DNA of 64,000 bases from Candidatus Eremiobacteraceae bacterium (GTDB lineage: Bacteria > Vulcanimicrobiota > Vulcanimicrobiia > Eremiobacterales > Eremiobacteraceae). The position numbers were made by a program, and so were the translations under genes. Location of the stretch: the NCBI GenBank assembly GCA_035710745.1, contig DASTCX010000035.1, positions 30,891 to 94,890 of the forward strand, in the 5' to 3' direction. Positions 47,357 through 57,647 of the stretch are shown here, piece after piece. The notes under the pieces were generated by a model. The model did not search any database. It saw only the letters and a program-made list of their open reading frames with translations, and had not been told where the DNA came from. How positions within the stretch are numbered: position 1 is the first letter of the stretch; every line of letters starts with the position of its first letter.

Positions 47357-48952
47357 TTACGAGCAGCCGTTGTTCGTGAGCAGCACCCAGCCGTCATCTT
47401 GACCGACATGGAGCGGATCCGTCACGCGCCGGCCCTCGATGTCTGTGTACGACGACGCTGCGTGCGGCAGCGTCACCCATTCGTCCGACTTCCCTACGTT
47501 GACGATGACGAGCGACCCGGTATTCTTGCGCAGATAGACGCCTTGGTCGGCGTACATGTCGGCGCACGGCGAGCCGACCGCTGAATCGTACTCGGGCCAA
47601 TAGTGTTCGACGCCGTACGATCCATACTGCGCGGTCATCATCGCGTCTTGATGGTAGCGCCCCATGAGGTACGTCGAGATTGCGAAGTCGCGCTGCGTCG
47701 GCGACGGCTCTTGATGCTGCCACAGGTCGGTCACCATGAACGCCTTGCCCTGCGCCTGCACGTATTGCGCCCACCAGATCTTCGTCCTGAAGTCGGCGTC
47801 GCCGATCATGTGGTTGCCGAAGCTCGTGAAACCCGCCTCGTCTTGGAAGCCGTCAAGATGCGAGATGAGCTGTTCGTACGCGTGATCGCCCTGCGCCACG
47901 CCGCCGAGACCCGCGTTCGCGACGAACGGCATCGGCACGGGCATGCCATGCATGTACCACTGCGCGTACGCCGCCCAATATTGCGCGCCTGCCGCCCAAT
48001 TGGGGTCTTCCTTCTGGCCGGTGAAGCGCTGCTTCCAAACGCTATGATGGTGCGTCCATACGCCGCACCCGCCCTGACCGTTGTTGATGCTGAGCACGTC
48101 GACCGCCAGACTCGAATAGCCGCTCGCCGCCATATACGGACCGATGATCGACATCTGATACGCGACGACTGCCGGGTTCGATATGTCGAGCGGCACGTTC
48201 GACGGCAATCCGCCGACATACGCCGGCGTCTTGCGGTCGCACTTGTAGAGCACCCAGTCCGCGTGCGGGCTTTGCTGCCACCACTCCAGATCGTGCCCGA
48301 GGTTGCCGAACGCGCCCACATCGGCGTCAGTGTCGAACGCGATGTAATACGTGGCGTTGATGGCCGAGTTGCCGTCGATCCAGTTCGCCGGCTTGTCCGT
48401 TCCCCAGGTCAGCACGTAGCGCGGCGCGTGCGCGGTCGCCTGCTGCCTCGAAATGCCGCCATCGAACGGCTGGAAAGCGCCGATCCTCGACCACGTATCG
48501 GCGATGATCGGTCCCGGCAGCGGTGATGCGCTGGGCACGCCGGTCGGTGATGGCGACGGACTCGGTGTGGCTGTCGGCGTCGCGGTCGGCGTCGGCGTGG
48601 GAGTCGGAGTCGGGTGCGGCGTTGGCGTCGGAGTCGGCCGCGGGGTCGGCGTAGGGTGAGGCGTCGCCGTTGGGCTGGGAGTCGGTGTCGGCGTCGGCCG
48701 TGGCGTCGGAGTCGGACGCGGTGTCGGCGTAGGACGCGGCGTCGCGGTCGTGGTCGGCGACGGCGAAGGTTGGGGCGTCGTTGTCGGAGTCGGAGATGGC
48801 GAAGCGGTCGGCGTCGGCGACCCGCCGTTGAGCGGGATGAGCACGACGGAACCCGCGCCCTTGCCGCCGCCGCCGCAAGCAGCGACAACGAGCGCGAGCG
48901 CCGACAATAATGCCGACGCCGCGATGCGTACCGTCCCCCACCGTATCGCCAT
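47357..48952 (-). CDS. Lipoprotein with a long Pro/Thr linker and a C-terminal domain of unknown function (possibly glycoside-hydrolase-like)
   Basis: Lipobox LALVVAAC|GGGG from ATG 48952, then about 100 aa of (T/S/R/H)P repeats, then about 385 aa rich in Trp/Tyr/Asp ([43 protein letters not shown]). Confidence 0.6.
   Translation of the reverse strand: MAIRWGTVRIAASALLSALALVVAACGGGGKGAGSVVLIPLNGGSPTPTASPSPTPTTTPQPSPSPTTTATPRPTPTPRPTPTPRPTPTPTPSPTATPHPTPTPRPTPTPTPHPTPTPTPTPTATPTATPSPSPSPTGVPSASPLPGPIIADTWSRIGAFQPFDGGISRQQATAHAPRYVLTWGTDKPANWIDGNSAINATYYIAFDTDADVGAFGNLGHDLEWWQQSPHADWVLYKCDRKTPAYVGGLPSNVPLDISNPAVVAYQMSIIGPYMAASGYSSLAVDVLSINNGQGGCGVWTHHHSVWKQRFTGQKEDPNWAAGAQYWAAYAQWYMHGMPVPMPFVANAGLGGVAQGDHAYEQLISHLDGFQDEAGFTSFGNHMIGDADFRTKIWWAQYVQAQGKAFMVTDLWQHQEPSPTQRDFAISTYLMGRYHQDAMMTAQYGSYGVEHYWPEYDSAVGSPCADMYADQGVYLRKNTGSLVIVNVGKSDEWVTLPHAASSYTDIEGRRVTDPLHVGQDDGWVLLTNNGCS
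48512..48820 (-). repeat. Low-complexity coding repeat (Pro/Thr linker)
   Basis: DNA is reiterated GGCGTCGG(A/C/T)GTCGG-type units encoding [11 protein letters not shown]... Confidence 0.8.
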
Positions 48953-49118
48953 CAACCTTCCATCGGCGCCGCCGCCGCTCGCGGACATTGGCGCGCGACA
49001 CACCTCATGCGGCGCGTCAAAAGGAATGCGCCGCGTCATACGACTTTAGTCTCGCGCACTAAGGTCAGGAAGCGCTGCCGCTCTGACTCGTCATGCGCCC
49101 GCTTGCCTTGCCGCCACT

Positions 49119-49168
49119 AAGCAAGAAACCGACCGGAGCGATCGTCCGGCCGAGTCAGCTTCTTGCTT
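49119..49168 (-). terminator. Terminator-like compound hairpin downstream of the SDR gene
   Basis: Outer arms AAGCAAGAA / TTCTTGCTT enclosing CCGGA-GCGATCG-TCCGG. Lies 32 nt after the SDR stop on the minus strand. The U-tract is only the stem 3' arm. Confidence 0.4.
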
Positions 49169-49199
49169 CTCTTATGTGCGCTCCGTCTGCGACGCCGCG

Positions 49200-49967
49200 T
49201 CAACGAGGCGCCATCCGCATCGCACCATCGATGCGGATGACCTCGCCGTTGAGCATCGCGTTCTCTGCGATGTGTCTCACAAGCGCGGCGTACTCCGCCG
49301 GCTTGCCCAATCTCGACGGGAACGGGATCTGCTGCGCGAGCGACTGACGGGCAGGCTCGGGCAGACCGGCAAGCAGGGGCGTGTCGAAGACCCCGGGCGC
49401 GATGCTCATCACGCGTATGCCGTTGCGGCTCAGGTCGCGCGCGGCGGGCAGCGTCATCGCAGCGATGCCGCCCTTCGACGATGCGTAGGCGATCTGGCCC
49501 ATCTGACCGTCGTACGCGGCGACGGAGGCCGTGCACACGATGACTCCGCGCTCGCCGCCTTCGTCGGGATCGTTCTTCGACATCGCTTCCGCGGCGAGCC
49601 GCAGCGCATTGAACGTGCCGACGAGATTGACGCGGATGACCCGTTCGAAGCGGTCGAGCGGATGCGCGCCTTCCTTGCCGAGCGTCTTCTCCGCGATCGC
49701 GATGCCCGCGCAGTTGATGAGCACGCGCAGCCCGCCGGTCTTGGCCGCCGCCGCGCTCACCGCCGCTCGCACATCGGCCTCGCTCGTCACGTCGGCGTGG
49801 ACGAACGACGCCTTGGCGCCAAGCCGTCCCACGAGCTGCTGGCCGACCGCGTCGTTGACGTCCGCGACGACCACCGTCGCGCCTGCGTCGCACAACGCCT
49901 CGACCGTCGCGGCACCGAGTCCGGACGCACCACCTGTGACGAGCGCGCTCGCTCCGGCAAGTTTCAT
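49200..49967 (-). CDS. Short-chain dehydrogenase, 3-hydroxyacyl-CoA dehydrogenase type-2 (HSD10)-like
   Basis: [41 protein letters not shown] (YxxxK), [18 protein letters not shown] 49967. Confidence 0.85.
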   Translation of the reverse strand: MKLAGASALVTGGASGLGAATVEALCDAGATVVVADVNDAVGQQLVGRLGAKASFVHADVTSEADVRAAVSAAAAKTGGLRVLINCAGIAIAEKTLGKEGAHPLDRFERVIRVNLVGTFNALRLAAEAMSKNDPDEGGERGVIVCTASVAAYDGQMGQIAYASSKGGIAAMTLPAARDLSRNGIRVMSIAPGVFDTPLLAGLPEPARQSLAQQIPFPSRLGKPAEYAALVRHIAENAMLNGEVIRIDGAMRMAPR

Positions 49968-50137
49968 GACGCCCTCCTGAACGACGAGGCCGCTTGCGCG
50001 TGACAATACAATGCCGCGACGCGCTTACCTGCTTGTCACCGGCGACGTCAAGCGGCGAACTGTCGTTCCGTTGGTTAGCAGGCAGCGGGGCAGGGTAGGA
50101 AACCTGCATGACCCGATCTCGCTGCGAGAGGTTGCGA

Positions 50138-51433
50138 ATGACCTTTTGGCGTTTTCTCGCGGTAGCTGCGGCCGTCGTCATCGCCGGCTGCTCTTCGAGC
50201 GCCGTGCCCGGCGTGTCGACGCAACAAGGCCGCGGCCCGTTGAACGGACCCCAGCACGGCATCATCAAGCACGTCGTCATCATCATCCAAGAGAACCGCA
50301 CCGTCGACAACCTGTTCAACGGCTTCCCAGGCATCGACACCGCGCAGAGCGGGCTCGACTCGCACGGCAACACGATCCAGCTCGTCAAACGTCCGCTGTT
50401 CCAGCGCAACGGAGCCGATCACAACCACACGGCGTTCGAGACCGCGTACGATCACGGCAAGATGGACGGTTTCGACCTGGTGCCGAACAGCCGGCACATC
50501 CAGGACTTTTCGTACTCGTATACCGACCCGGCCGACGTCGCTGCGTATTGGCAGATGGCGCAGAAATACGTGATCGGCGATCGCATGTTCCAGTCGAATT
50601 CCGGTCCGTCGTTCCCCGCGCACCTCTACCTCATCGCGAGCCAATCGCCGTTCGCCGACGAAAACCCGACCGCGAACACGTGGGGCTGCGACGCGCCGCC
50701 GGGAACGACGGTCGACGCGCTCAACTCTTCGGGTCAGGAATACGTCTACGGCTTCCCGTGCTTCGACTTCCAGACGATCGGCGACGAGCTCGACGCCCAA
50801 GGCGTCAGCTGGCGCTACTACGCGCCGACCGCCGCCGCTCCATGGTCCATCTACGATGCGATCAAGCACATCCGCTACGGCGCCGACTGGAATACCGACA
50901 TCGCGTCCTTCGGCAAATATACCCCGGCGCAGGACTTCGCGACCGGCGATATGGCGTCGGTGACCTGGGTCGTGCCGCACGGCTTCGACTCCGATCATCC
51001 GAATCGGGTCGGCGACTATGGGCCACAGTGGGTGTCGAGCCTCGTCAACGCGATCGGCGAAGGGCCAGATTGGAATACGACCGCTATCTTCGTCGTCTGG
51101 GATGATTGGGGCGGCTGGTACGATCACGCACCGCCGAAACAGCTCGACGTGTATGGTCTCGGGTTACGCGTGCCGGTCATCGTCATATCACCATACGTGC
51201 GACAAGGCTACATCTCTCACGTCGACCATGAGTTCGGCAGCATCATGCGCTTCACCGAGGAGACGTTCGACCTTCCGACGCTCGCGGCCGCGGATGCGCG
51301 CGCCGACGACCTGCTCGACTGCTTCGACTTCACGCAGCCGCCGCAGCCGTTCAAGCCGATCACCGGCATCGGAGCGCCCCCGCTGTACAACGGCACGTCC
51401 ATATTGAGCGACATCGCGCCCGACGACGAGTAA
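50138..51433 (+). CDS. Phosphoesterase-family lipoprotein (phospholipase C / acid phosphatase AcpA-like)
   Basis: Lipobox VVIAGC|SS. IKHVVIIIQENRTVDNLF, and later TAIFVVWDDWGGWYDH, GLRVPVIVISPY. Confidence 0.8.
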   Translation: MTFWRFLAVAAAVVIAGCSSSAVPGVSTQQGRGPLNGPQHGIIKHVVIIIQENRTVDNLFNGFPGIDTAQSGLDSHGNTIQLVKRPLFQRNGADHNHTAFETAYDHGKMDGFDLVPNSRHIQDFSYSYTDPADVAAYWQMAQKYVIGDRMFQSNSGPSFPAHLYLIASQSPFADENPTANTWGCDAPPGTTVDALNSSGQEYVYGFPCFDFQTIGDELDAQGVSWRYYAPTAAAPWSIYDAIKHIRYGADWNTDIASFGKYTPAQDFATGDMASVTWVVPHGFDSDHPNRVGDYGPQWVSSLVNAIGEGPDWNTTAIFVVWDDWGGWYDHAPPKQLDVYGLGLRVPVIVISPYVRQGYISHVDHEFGSIMRFTEETFDLPTLAAADARADDLLDCFDFTQPPQPFKPITGIGAPPLYNGTSILSDIAPDDE

Positions 51434-51462
51434 AGGTTCGTCCGGCCGAAGAACCCGCCCGA

Positions 51463-52179
51463 ATGGCCCTCGAACGCCAGGCACTCGACGCGCTTCGCGA
51501 GCGCGTCGTCGCATGTCGGCGCTGCCCCGAGCTGCGCGCGTACTGCCGCGAGATCGGTCGCGCGGGCAAGCGCGAGTTCGCCGGCGATACGTATTGGTCG
51601 AAACCCGTGCCGGGGATCGGACCCGCCTCAGCGCGCCTTCTCATCGTCGGCCTCGCGCCTGCCGCGCACGGCGCGAATAGGACCGGCCGCATGTTCACCG
51701 GGGACTCGTCCGGCGCGTGGCTTTCGCGCGCGCTTCATCGGTCCGGCTTCGCTACCGTTCCGCACTCGATCCGCCGCGGCGACGGCTTCGCGCCGATCGA
51801 CGCCTACATCACCGCCGCTTTGCGCTGCGCGCCGCCGGGCAACAAGCCCACCGCGATCCAGCTCGGGCGCTGCGCGCCTTATCTGCGCTCCGAGATCGAG
51901 CTACTGCACCGACTTCGGGTCGTCGTCGGGCTCGGCAAGATCGGTTTCGACAACGTCGTCCGCGCACTCGAATCGTGCGGCTACGTGCATGCGGATGCTC
52001 GACCCGTATTCGCGCACGGCGCGACGTCGACCATGAGCGCATCGGACGGCCGAGCGGTGACGCTCATCGCGTCGTATCACCCGAGCCGGCAGAACACGAA
52101 TACCGGCGTGCTGACCGAGCCGATGCTCGACGCCATATTCCGCGAGGCCCGCGTCGCTCTCGGCCCCGCCCGGCGCTAA
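51463..52179 (+). CDS. Uracil-DNA glycosylase superfamily, family 4/5 (UdgB-like)
   Basis: Fe-S cysteines CRRCPELRAYC. Motif LLIVGLAPAAHGANRTGRMFTGD (GLAPA rather than GEAPG suggests family 5). SYHPSRQN near the C-terminus. Confidence 0.75.
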   Translation: MALERQALDALRERVVACRRCPELRAYCREIGRAGKREFAGDTYWSKPVPGIGPASARLLIVGLAPAAHGANRTGRMFTGDSSGAWLSRALHRSGFATVPHSIRRGDGFAPIDAYITAALRCAPPGNKPTAIQLGRCAPYLRSEIELLHRLRVVVGLGKIGFDNVVRALESCGYVHADARPVFAHGATSTMSASDGRAVTLIASYHPSRQNTNTGVLTEPMLDAIFREARVALGPARR

Positions 52180-53150
52180 CGACGAGAACGATTCGCAGCG
52201 TGGTCGTTGATCGTCGAAGCTAAGTAGGCGATCCGGCGTTCGCGCGCAGCCGGCGTCCAAGCGCTCGAGTGAGGCGTCATGATGACGTTGTCGAGCGCGT
52301 CGAACGCCATATCGCTCGGCTTGACGATGTCCGTCGACTTGTGCGGATAGCGATACCACACGTCGATCGCCGCGCCCGCGATGCGCCGAGTGGACAACGC
52401 ATCGAACAGCGCGCGTTCGTCGACGACCGGGCCGCGCGCGACGTTGACGAGGACCGCGTGCGGCCGCATGAGCTCGAAGCGGCGGGCGTCGATGAGACCT
52501 TGGGTCAGCGGCGAAAGCGCGCACGCGACGACGAGCGCATCGCTCTGCCCGATCAGCGCGTCGACGCCCGCCTTCGAATCGAGCGGTGCGGGGCGCTCGG
52601 CTAGCAACCCTGGCTTCACCGCTTTGTCCGGATGGAGCGTGACGGCCCGGCACTGCATGCCGAATGCGACGGCGCGGAGCGCGACCTGCTCGCCGATGCG
52701 TCCGAAACCGACGAGCCCGAGCGACGAGCCCCACAGCTCGTCGACGAGCTCGCGCGAGCCGAAGTATCCGAAGCGCCACTCGCCGCGCCGAAGCGCCGCA
52801 TCGGCTGCGAAGAAGCGCTGCCGGAGCGCGACGAGCGCGCCGAGGACGTACTCCGCCATCGGTATCTCGTGGCCGATACCGGCGACGAATTCGACCCCGA
52901 TGGGCAGCGCCGAGCGATCGATCATCTCGGTGCCCGCTGCCGGACATATCAACAGCTCGAGCGCACGAGCGTTGCGCGCCATCTCGGCGTCGAAGCGCGT
53001 CGCCAGGATCACCTGCGCGTCGGCGATCGCGGCGCCTACGCCGGCCGCATCTCTCGGATCGGCGGCGACGAGCGCGATGCCCTCGTCGAGCCTGCCGTTC
53101 AGATCCTCGAGCCACGACGGCGACAACGACACGACTTTCATCGAGCTCAT
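52176..53150 (-). CDS. D-isomer-specific 2-hydroxyacid dehydrogenase
   Basis: LGLVGFGRIGEQVA (NAD site), VNVARGPVVDERAL, MTPHSSAWT. The ATG at 53150 overlaps the methyltransferase stop (ATGA). Confidence 0.85.
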   Translation of the reverse strand: MSSMKVVSLSPSWLEDLNGRLDEGIALVAADPRDAAGVGAAIADAQVILATRFDAEMARNARALELLICPAAGTEMIDRSALPIGVEFVAGIGHEIPMAEYVLGALVALRQRFFAADAALRRGEWRFGYFGSRELVDELWGSSLGLVGFGRIGEQVALRAVAFGMQCRAVTLHPDKAVKPGLLAERPAPLDSKAGVDALIGQSDALVVACALSPLTQGLIDARRFELMRPHAVLVNVARGPVVDERALFDALSTRRIAGAAIDVWYRYPHKSTDIVKPSDMAFDALDNVIMTPHSSAWTPAARERRIAYLASTINDHAANRSRR

Positions 53151-53947
53151 CGCCGGCGCATGACGACGACCATACGCCACGAGTCCATCTTCATCGTGAA
53201 GGGCACGCCCACATCGAGATCGCCATACCAGCCGACGACGTCGAAGGCGCCGCTGCGCGCCGCGATGTTCGAGACCGACCCGCGCAGCCACATGCGGTGG
53301 AGCTGCTTGCCCACGATCTTGCGCGGACGTCGCCCATCCGCGTACTTCGCGTCGATCGTCAGCGTCGCGCGGTACGTCTCGGCGACCGCGTCGCGCGCGC
53401 TCGTGTCGTAGCGCGCATCGACGACGACACCGGGGTGACGTTGGGTCCATCGGCCGAGCGTTCGCCCGTGGCTCGGATCGAAATAGTCGGCCGGATGGGT
53501 CAGCTCGAGGACGAACAATCCGCCGCGGCGGACGGCTGCGCCCGTCGCGCGCAGGGCGGCGATGCCATCCTCATCCGACGTACAGTGCGCGAACGAGTCG
53601 AAGAGGCACATCGCGATGTCGACGCGTTTAGCGAGCCGGAACGATCGCATGTCAGCTCGGCGGAGATCGACGGACACACCGTCGACCAGCATCAAACGCT
53701 TCGCGTACCCCAGCATCGACGCGTTGAGGTCGACGCCGACGGCGCCGATGCCGCGTTTGGCGAACTCGCGCAGGTGATGCCCCGGACCGCATGCGATCTC
53801 GAGAACGCGCTTCGGCCTCTCGACGCCGTGCGCACGTGCGAGCGCGAGCAGCCCGTCGCACTCCTCGGGGATGTCGCGGAACGAAAACGCGAGATCGTAA
53901 AGGCGCGGCTCTTCGTAGATCAGACCGCGCTTCTCAGGGCGTGACAA
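53147..53947 (-). CDS. Class I SAM-dependent methyltransferase
   Basis: VLEIACGPGHHLREFAKRGIGAVGVDLNASML (motif I plus post-I), DIAMCLFDSFAH. Confidence 0.8.
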   Translation of the reverse strand: MSRPEKRGLIYEEPRLYDLAFSFRDIPEECDGLLALARAHGVERPKRVLEIACGPGHHLREFAKRGIGAVGVDLNASMLGYAKRLMLVDGVSVDLRRADMRSFRLAKRVDIAMCLFDSFAHCTSDEDGIAALRATGAAVRRGGLFVLELTHPADYFDPSHGRTLGRWTQRHPGVVVDARYDTSARDAVAETYRATLTIDAKYADGRRPRKIVGKQLHRMWLRGSVSNIAARSGAFDVVGWYGDLDVGVPFTMKMDSWRMVVVMRRR

Positions 53948-55343
53948 GCTGCCGCTTTTCGTGATCGAGCCGCTCCATGAGCGACTCCGCCGGATACGTC
54001 ATGATCTCGGCAAGCGTCGGATGCAAGTGCGGCATCTCCAACACGTCGCGGACGTTCGCGCCGAAGTAGAGCAGCGCGATCGCCTCGTGGATCAGATCCG
54101 CCGCTTCAGCGCCCACGATCGCGACGCCGATGATCTTGCCGTCGCGCGAGGCGAGCATCTTGACGAACCCCTCCGTGCGCCCGGTCGCGATGCCTTTGCC
54201 AAGGTCGTCGAAGGGGTACGACGCGATCGCGTAGACGATGCCGCGTCTCGCGCACTCACGCTCGGTGAGGCCGGCGACGGCGACCTGCGGTTCGGTGAAG
54301 ACGGCGCGCGCGGATTGCAGGCTGTAGTCGACCTTCGACGGACGCGACGAAAACGCGTTGCGGACCGCCAGCATACCCTCGTGCACCGCGACGTGGACGA
54401 GCTGCCAGCTTTGGTGAAGCACGTCGCCTGCCGCATAGACTCTCGGGTTCGTCGTCCGCAAGAACTCGTCGACCGTGATGCCGTCGCCGTGATCGATACC
54501 CGCGGCGTCGAGCCCGAGTCCGTCGATGTTCGGGTCGCGGCCGAGCGCGACGAACACCTCTTGCGCGCTGACGGACTCCTCGCGAGCGTCGCGCACGTAT
54601 CGTACGCTCTTCGAAGCTCCCGAGCGCTCGACACCGATGAGGTTCGTACCGGCGATCACGGTGATCCCGTCACGCTCGAGCGCGCCGCGCAGCGACAACC
54701 CGACGTCCTCATCTTCATCCGAGAGCAGCGTCGGGCTTCGCTGCACCAAGGTCGTCGCGACGCCGAGCCTGCTAAGGTATTGAGCGAGTTCGCATGCCGT
54801 CGGGCCGCCGCCGAGCACGACGACGCTTTCCGGCAACGATTCGAGTTCCAGCACGTCGTCGCTCGTGATAAAACCGGTTTCGGTGAGACCGGGGATCGCC
54901 GGCACGGCGATCCTCGACCCCGTCGCGATGAGAAACCTTTCGGCAGCAATCGTCGCGGCTCCGACCTCGATCGTGTCGGGACCGCTGAAGCGGGCGGCTT
55001 CGCGGATCACCGGAAAAGATTCGATCCCCTCGATCCGATAGTCGGCGAACTCTTTGATGATGCGTCGTTTGCGCCGGACGACTGCGTCGACATCGATGCG
55101 TGGCGGCTGCACGATGATGCCGTACTCGCTTGCCCGGCGGACGAGCTGTGCGACTTCGGCCGAACGCAGGAGCGTTTTCGACGGCATGCAGCCGCGCAAT
55201 ATGCACAAGCCGGCGAGCGGGCCGGGGCCGTCGACGATGACGACCGATTTTCCGAGGTCGGCAGCCGTGACGGCTCCCGCGTAGCCCGCGCTTCCTCCGC
55301 CGATGACGCAGAGATCGTATTTGGTCTCGATCGCCTCGCTCAT
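53934..55343 (-). CDS. Class I pyridine nucleotide-disulfide oxidoreductase (dihydrolipoyl dehydrogenase / mercuric or glutathione reductase-like)
   Basis: YDLCVIGGGSAGYAGA, redox-active GLCILRGCMPSK, VVVLGGGPTACELA, and the C-terminal dimerisation motif HPTLAEI. Confidence 0.85.
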   Translation of the reverse strand: MSEAIETKYDLCVIGGGSAGYAGAVTAADLGKSVVIVDGPGPLAGLCILRGCMPSKTLLRSAEVAQLVRRASEYGIIVQPPRIDVDAVVRRKRRIIKEFADYRIEGIESFPVIREAARFSGPDTIEVGAATIAAERFLIATGSRIAVPAIPGLTETGFITSDDVLELESLPESVVVLGGGPTACELAQYLSRLGVATTLVQRSPTLLSDEDEDVGLSLRGALERDGITVIAGTNLIGVERSGASKSVRYVRDAREESVSAQEVFVALGRDPNIDGLGLDAAGIDHGDGITVDEFLRTTNPRVYAAGDVLHQSWQLVHVAVHEGMLAVRNAFSSRPSKVDYSLQSARAVFTEPQVAVAGLTERECARRGIVYAIASYPFDDLGKGIATGRTEGFVKMLASRDGKIIGVAIVGAEAADLIHEAIALLYFGANVRDVLEMPHLHPTLAEIMTYPAESLMERLDHEKRQLVTP

Positions 55344-55417
55344 TGGCCGCTTGTTCGGACCGACCGGAGCCGCCGCCCTCTAAAGGCGGTGGCTCTGCGC
55401 GCGCGAATGGGCCGTGG

Positions 55418-55951
55418 ATGTCGAAGTCGCAACCTTTCACGGATTCGAGCGCGAGAGAGCGCGTCGTCCGAAAGCTTTTCGGCATGTTCGCGCTATCTGT
55501 CATCATCCAAGCCGCGCTGTTCATCGCGCTGGCGGCGATCTATCGCTTCGGTGCGCGATTCGCGCTCGACACGATCGCGAGCGCATCGCAAGGGAGTCTA
55601 CCTGCAGGGGCCGACGGGATCGCGGCGCTCATCGTCCTCGTCCTCGAGCTCTTCACGGCGCTCGTCATCGGCTTTTTCGCCGCGCGCAGACTTCAAAGCG
55701 CCGTCGTGCGGCTGACCCCGCATCCAATGAAACCGCCGACCCGCCCGATACCGATGGCCAGCCTCTACGCAGGCGGCATCATCGCGGTCATCGGCGTGCT
55801 CGATTTCGCGCGTCAGCCCTTGCTCGGTCAGCCGTGGTCGGCGTGGCTCGTCGAACTCGTCCGCGATATCGGCATCGCATTGCTCTTCTGGTACGCAGCC
55901 GCGCGATCGATGAGCCCGCGGAAAGCGATGAGCCAGCGGAAGGCATCGTGA
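55418..55951 (+). CDS. Hypothetical membrane protein (about 4 TM)
   Basis: 177 aa with TM segments FGMFALSVIIQAALFIALAAI, IAALIVLVLELFTALVIGFFAA, LYAGGIIAVIGVL, IGIALLFWYAAA. Confidence 0.5.
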   Translation: MSKSQPFTDSSARERVVRKLFGMFALSVIIQAALFIALAAIYRFGARFALDTIASASQGSLPAGADGIAALIVLVLELFTALVIGFFAARRLQSAVVRLTPHPMKPPTRPIPMASLYAGGIIAVIGVLDFARQPLLGQPWSAWLVELVRDIGIALLFWYAAARSMSPRKAMSQRKAS

Positions 55952-56679
55952 CAGCCTACGTCCGATACACCGGCCCCGACGGCGCACCCCGCGACGGGAT
56001 GCTCGAAGGCACGGACGTCGTCTCCGGAGGGTCGCGCACCGCGCTCGGATCGGTCAGGCTTCTCGCGCCATGTACACCGACGAAGATCGTCTGCGTCGGG
56101 CGCAACTATGCCGATCACGCAAAGGAGCTCGGATCGACGCCGCCCGTCGAACCGCTCCTGTTCTTCAAGCCGCCCTCGGCGGTCATCGGACCCGGCGACG
56201 ACATCGTCTACCCACGGCAGAGCCGGCGCGTCGACTACGAAGGAGAGCTGGCCGCCGTCATCGGCCGGCGCTGCCGCGACGTTTCGCCGGAACGAGCGCG
56301 CGATTTCGTCCGCGGGTTCACCGTGTTCAACGACGTCACGGCGCGCGATCTCCAACGCACGGACGATCAATGGGCTCGCGCGAAGGGCTTCGATACGTTC
56401 GCGTCGATCGGGCCGTGCATCGTCGACGGCGTCGATCCGTCAAAGCTCCGCATCCGGACGACGCTCAACGGCGAGGTGATGCAGGAAGCGCCGACGTCGC
56501 TCATGCTCGTCGACGTCTGGACGCTTATCGCATACGCGAGCGCGGCGTTCACGCTCGAACCGGGGGACGTCCTCGCGACGGGCACGCCGAGCGGCGTCGG
56601 GCCGATGCAGCCCGGCGACGTCGTCAGCGTCGAGATCGATGGTATCGGAACGCTGACGAACCGAGTCGTCAGCCCTTAG
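55948..56679 (+). CDS. Fumarylacetoacetate hydrolase (FAH) family protein
   Basis: KIVCVGRNYADHAKELG, FFKPPSAVIGPGDDIVYP, DYEGELAAVIGR, FNDVTARDLQ, GDVLATGTPSGVG. The GTG at 55948 overlaps the upstream stop (GTGA). Confidence 0.88.
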   Translation: MTAYVRYTGPDGAPRDGMLEGTDVVSGGSRTALGSVRLLAPCTPTKIVCVGRNYADHAKELGSTPPVEPLLFFKPPSAVIGPGDDIVYPRQSRRVDYEGELAAVIGRRCRDVSPERARDFVRGFTVFNDVTARDLQRTDDQWARAKGFDTFASIGPCIVDGVDPSKLRIRTTLNGEVMQEAPTSLMLVDVWTLIAYASAAFTLEPGDVLATGTPSGVGPMQPGDVVSVEIDGIGTLTNRVVSP

Positions 56680-56691
56680 ACTCGGTACCTG

Positions 56692-57276
56692 TCAGGAGTT
56701 CGGCGGCGCGAAGAACGCGTCTTCGGTGACTGCGACGTGGAACGGCGCACCGCGCGTGAGCGTCACGTCGTTGCCTTTGCGCAGGAAATCGATGAGGAAG
56801 AACCCGGGCACGGTCATGTCGGCCACTTCAGCGACACTTCCGCCCATGCCGTTGTTGGAGTTCTGGTCGGCGACGAGGCTCGCTTGCGTGATGTCGACGG
56901 CGACATCCGGACCGTTCGGCACCGCGATCGGATCGAATTGCAGCTTCAAGATGCCGTCGACGCGGCCGCCGTGTGCCGGCGCCACGCGCACGATCTTGCC
57001 CGTGCCGACGGTCCCCTTCGGGATCGCTACGCGCGTGCCGACCATGACGTCATCGACGATCGTGTACGCGAACGTGTCGCCCGCGTGGTTGTGCGCCGAC
57101 GAAACCGTCTGGTTCATCGCGATGCGCAACAGCGTGCCGGTCGACAACAACGTGTCGCGCGTCTGATCGGTCTCTGGGGCGTTCGCGTGCGGGATGGCGA
57201 GCGCGACACGGGGCACGCTCGTGACGAGCAGGATCGCTACCCCTGCGAGGGCTGCGCCTAAATGGGCTGGTCGCAT
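56692..57276 (-). CDS. Hypothetical secreted protein
   Basis: Signal peptide MRPAHLGAALAGVAILLVTSVPRVALA. 194 aa, beta-rich, no recognised domain. Confidence 0.5.
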   Translation of the reverse strand: MRPAHLGAALAGVAILLVTSVPRVALAIPHANAPETDQTRDTLLSTGTLLRIAMNQTVSSAHNHAGDTFAYTIVDDVMVGTRVAIPKGTVGTGKIVRVAPAHGGRVDGILKLQFDPIAVPNGPDVAVDITQASLVADQNSNNGMGGSVAEVADMTVPGFFLIDFLRKGNDVTLTRGAPFHVAVTEDAFFAPPNS

Positions 57277-57470
57277 AGTCGTGGCCTCGGAACTACGCCC
57301 TGTCGTGGTGATTCTACAACGTAACGGGCGCCGCAGCCTCCGCGTTGCGGCCGGGTCGAGCCATCGGAAGCGGGCGACACGTGAGGGCGGTCATTGTGCG
57401 CGGCTGCCCGGAAAGGCTTTAATGGAGCCGGGAGGGCCGATGATGGGTCTCGGCCCCCACCTTCTTCTCA

Positions 57471-57647
57471 ATGTCATACGCGACCGGGGTGCCGGCTATG
57501 CGCCACGCCAGAGCGACGTTCGAGACCCTTCGCACCTCGTCAAGCCGCATCGACGATCAGGGCGGAGCAGCCTTATTCTATGCGATGAGCGGGCTCTTCT
57601 TCGCCCTCTTCGCGTTTGCCATCTGGTATTGTCCGCGACACCTGTGA
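57471..57647 (+). CDS. Candidate small tail-anchored membrane protein (58 aa)
   Basis: Own translation: MSYATGVPAMRHARATFETLRTSSSRIDDQGGAALFYAMSGLFFALFAFAIWYCPRHL. High GC3 and one C-terminal TM segment. No obvious Shine-Dalgarno. Below the ORF-track length cutoff. Confidence 0.25.
   Translation: MSYATGVPAMRHARATFETLRTSSSRIDDQGGAALFYAMSGLFFALFAFAIWYCPRHL

Noticed and set aside
48512-48820. Tandem DNA repeats that could be a satellite or CRISPR-like locus.
   Set aside because: The repeats are in frame within a long ORF and encode a Pro/Thr linker between a lipobox and a globular domain.
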